From assembly GCA_013239625.1 (NCBI GenBank), contig MU053810.1:6358122-6422121 (forward strand): a stretch of DNA of 64,000 nucleotides, given 5' to 3'. Shown one piece after another: positions 63,417-64,000 of this stretch. The DNA is from Lama guanicoe. Taxonomy: Eukaryota. Under the pieces are notes generated by a model. The model searched no databases. It was given only the letters and a program-made list of their open reading frames with translations, and was not told the DNA's origin. The position numbers and the translations under genes are program-made. Every line of letters starts with the position of its first letter. The stretch's first letter is position 1.

Positions 63417-64000
63417 TACTCCATACTAGCTCTCTTAGACATTCTAAATATCAGGATAATAAGGAGAAAAAAAAAAAGATGCAAGTTCCGGATGCTCCCC
63501 GTTGTGGGTTGAGAGTCTGAGGAATATAATTTACGTCCATAGAAAAGTAGGTTTGGGGAAGAAAGGAGGCACAGCTGCCAGCGAGTTGAAAATGATTTGG
63601 GAATATGTTTCAAAAGGAACACAAACGGCTGGTTGGAGGCAACCATACCAAGAAACAAAACTATCCGCTCAACACTGTGGATTAGGTCACTGGCATAAAC
63701 TCTTTCACTAAAAGTGTTTTACAATAATCTATTGATTATTGTTGTAATGGAACGTAATGGGAAAATGCTATTCAAAGTGTCTTCACAACCAACTCTGCTG
63801 TACGTTACACGCGAACCGAACAAAGGCTGAAAAAGGAAATGCCTTTAGCAAAACCTTAACCTATGTTCCGATGTTGTAGGACTGTCCATAAAGGTAATAC
63901 TTGTTGGTTTAAGCAGGACCGGAAGTGGTTTCATCTGTGAAGATGCAGCCCAAGGCTTGCAAGGTTTCTAATCCTGCTCAGATTGGACACGTCATGTGTA

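Noticed and set aside
53513..64000. Upstream MYO3A exon containing switch II (LDIFGFE)
   Set aside because: Not found in this interval; it presumably lies beyond the right edge of the window.

Overview
Mammalian genomic DNA, most likely a camelid (alpaca or camel): it carries three copies of a tRNA-Ala-derived SINE of the camelid Vic-1 type. The whole window lies inside MYO3A (myosin IIIA) on the minus strand. Twelve consecutive coding exons can be traced with GT-AG splice sites and compatible phases. They run from the C-terminal motor domain through three IQ motifs to the tail homology domain I and correspond to about exons 21-32 in human numbering (recalled, not looked up). The gene extends beyond both window ends. 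The introns hold the usual L1, L2, MIR, MaLR, ERV and DNA-transposon remnants. Most notable: (1) an intronless, CpG-rich PLAC9 retrocopy antisense in intron 31, whose native ATG is frameshifted by 2 nt but whose reading frame stays open from an ATG inside its target-site duplication; (2) a 2.13-kb near-identical duplication across a 15-N gap that doubles two exons and is almost certainly an assembly artefact; (3) a solo LTR with a phased array of CCAAT boxes, two octamers and a TATA box; (4) a shared, unusual retroposon 3' tail present twice; (5) a 12-nt L1 micro-insertion. There are no prokaryotic-type systems, CRISPR arrays or rRNA genes. Repeat subfamily names come from recalled consensus sequences and should be confirmed with RepeatMasker/Dfam.
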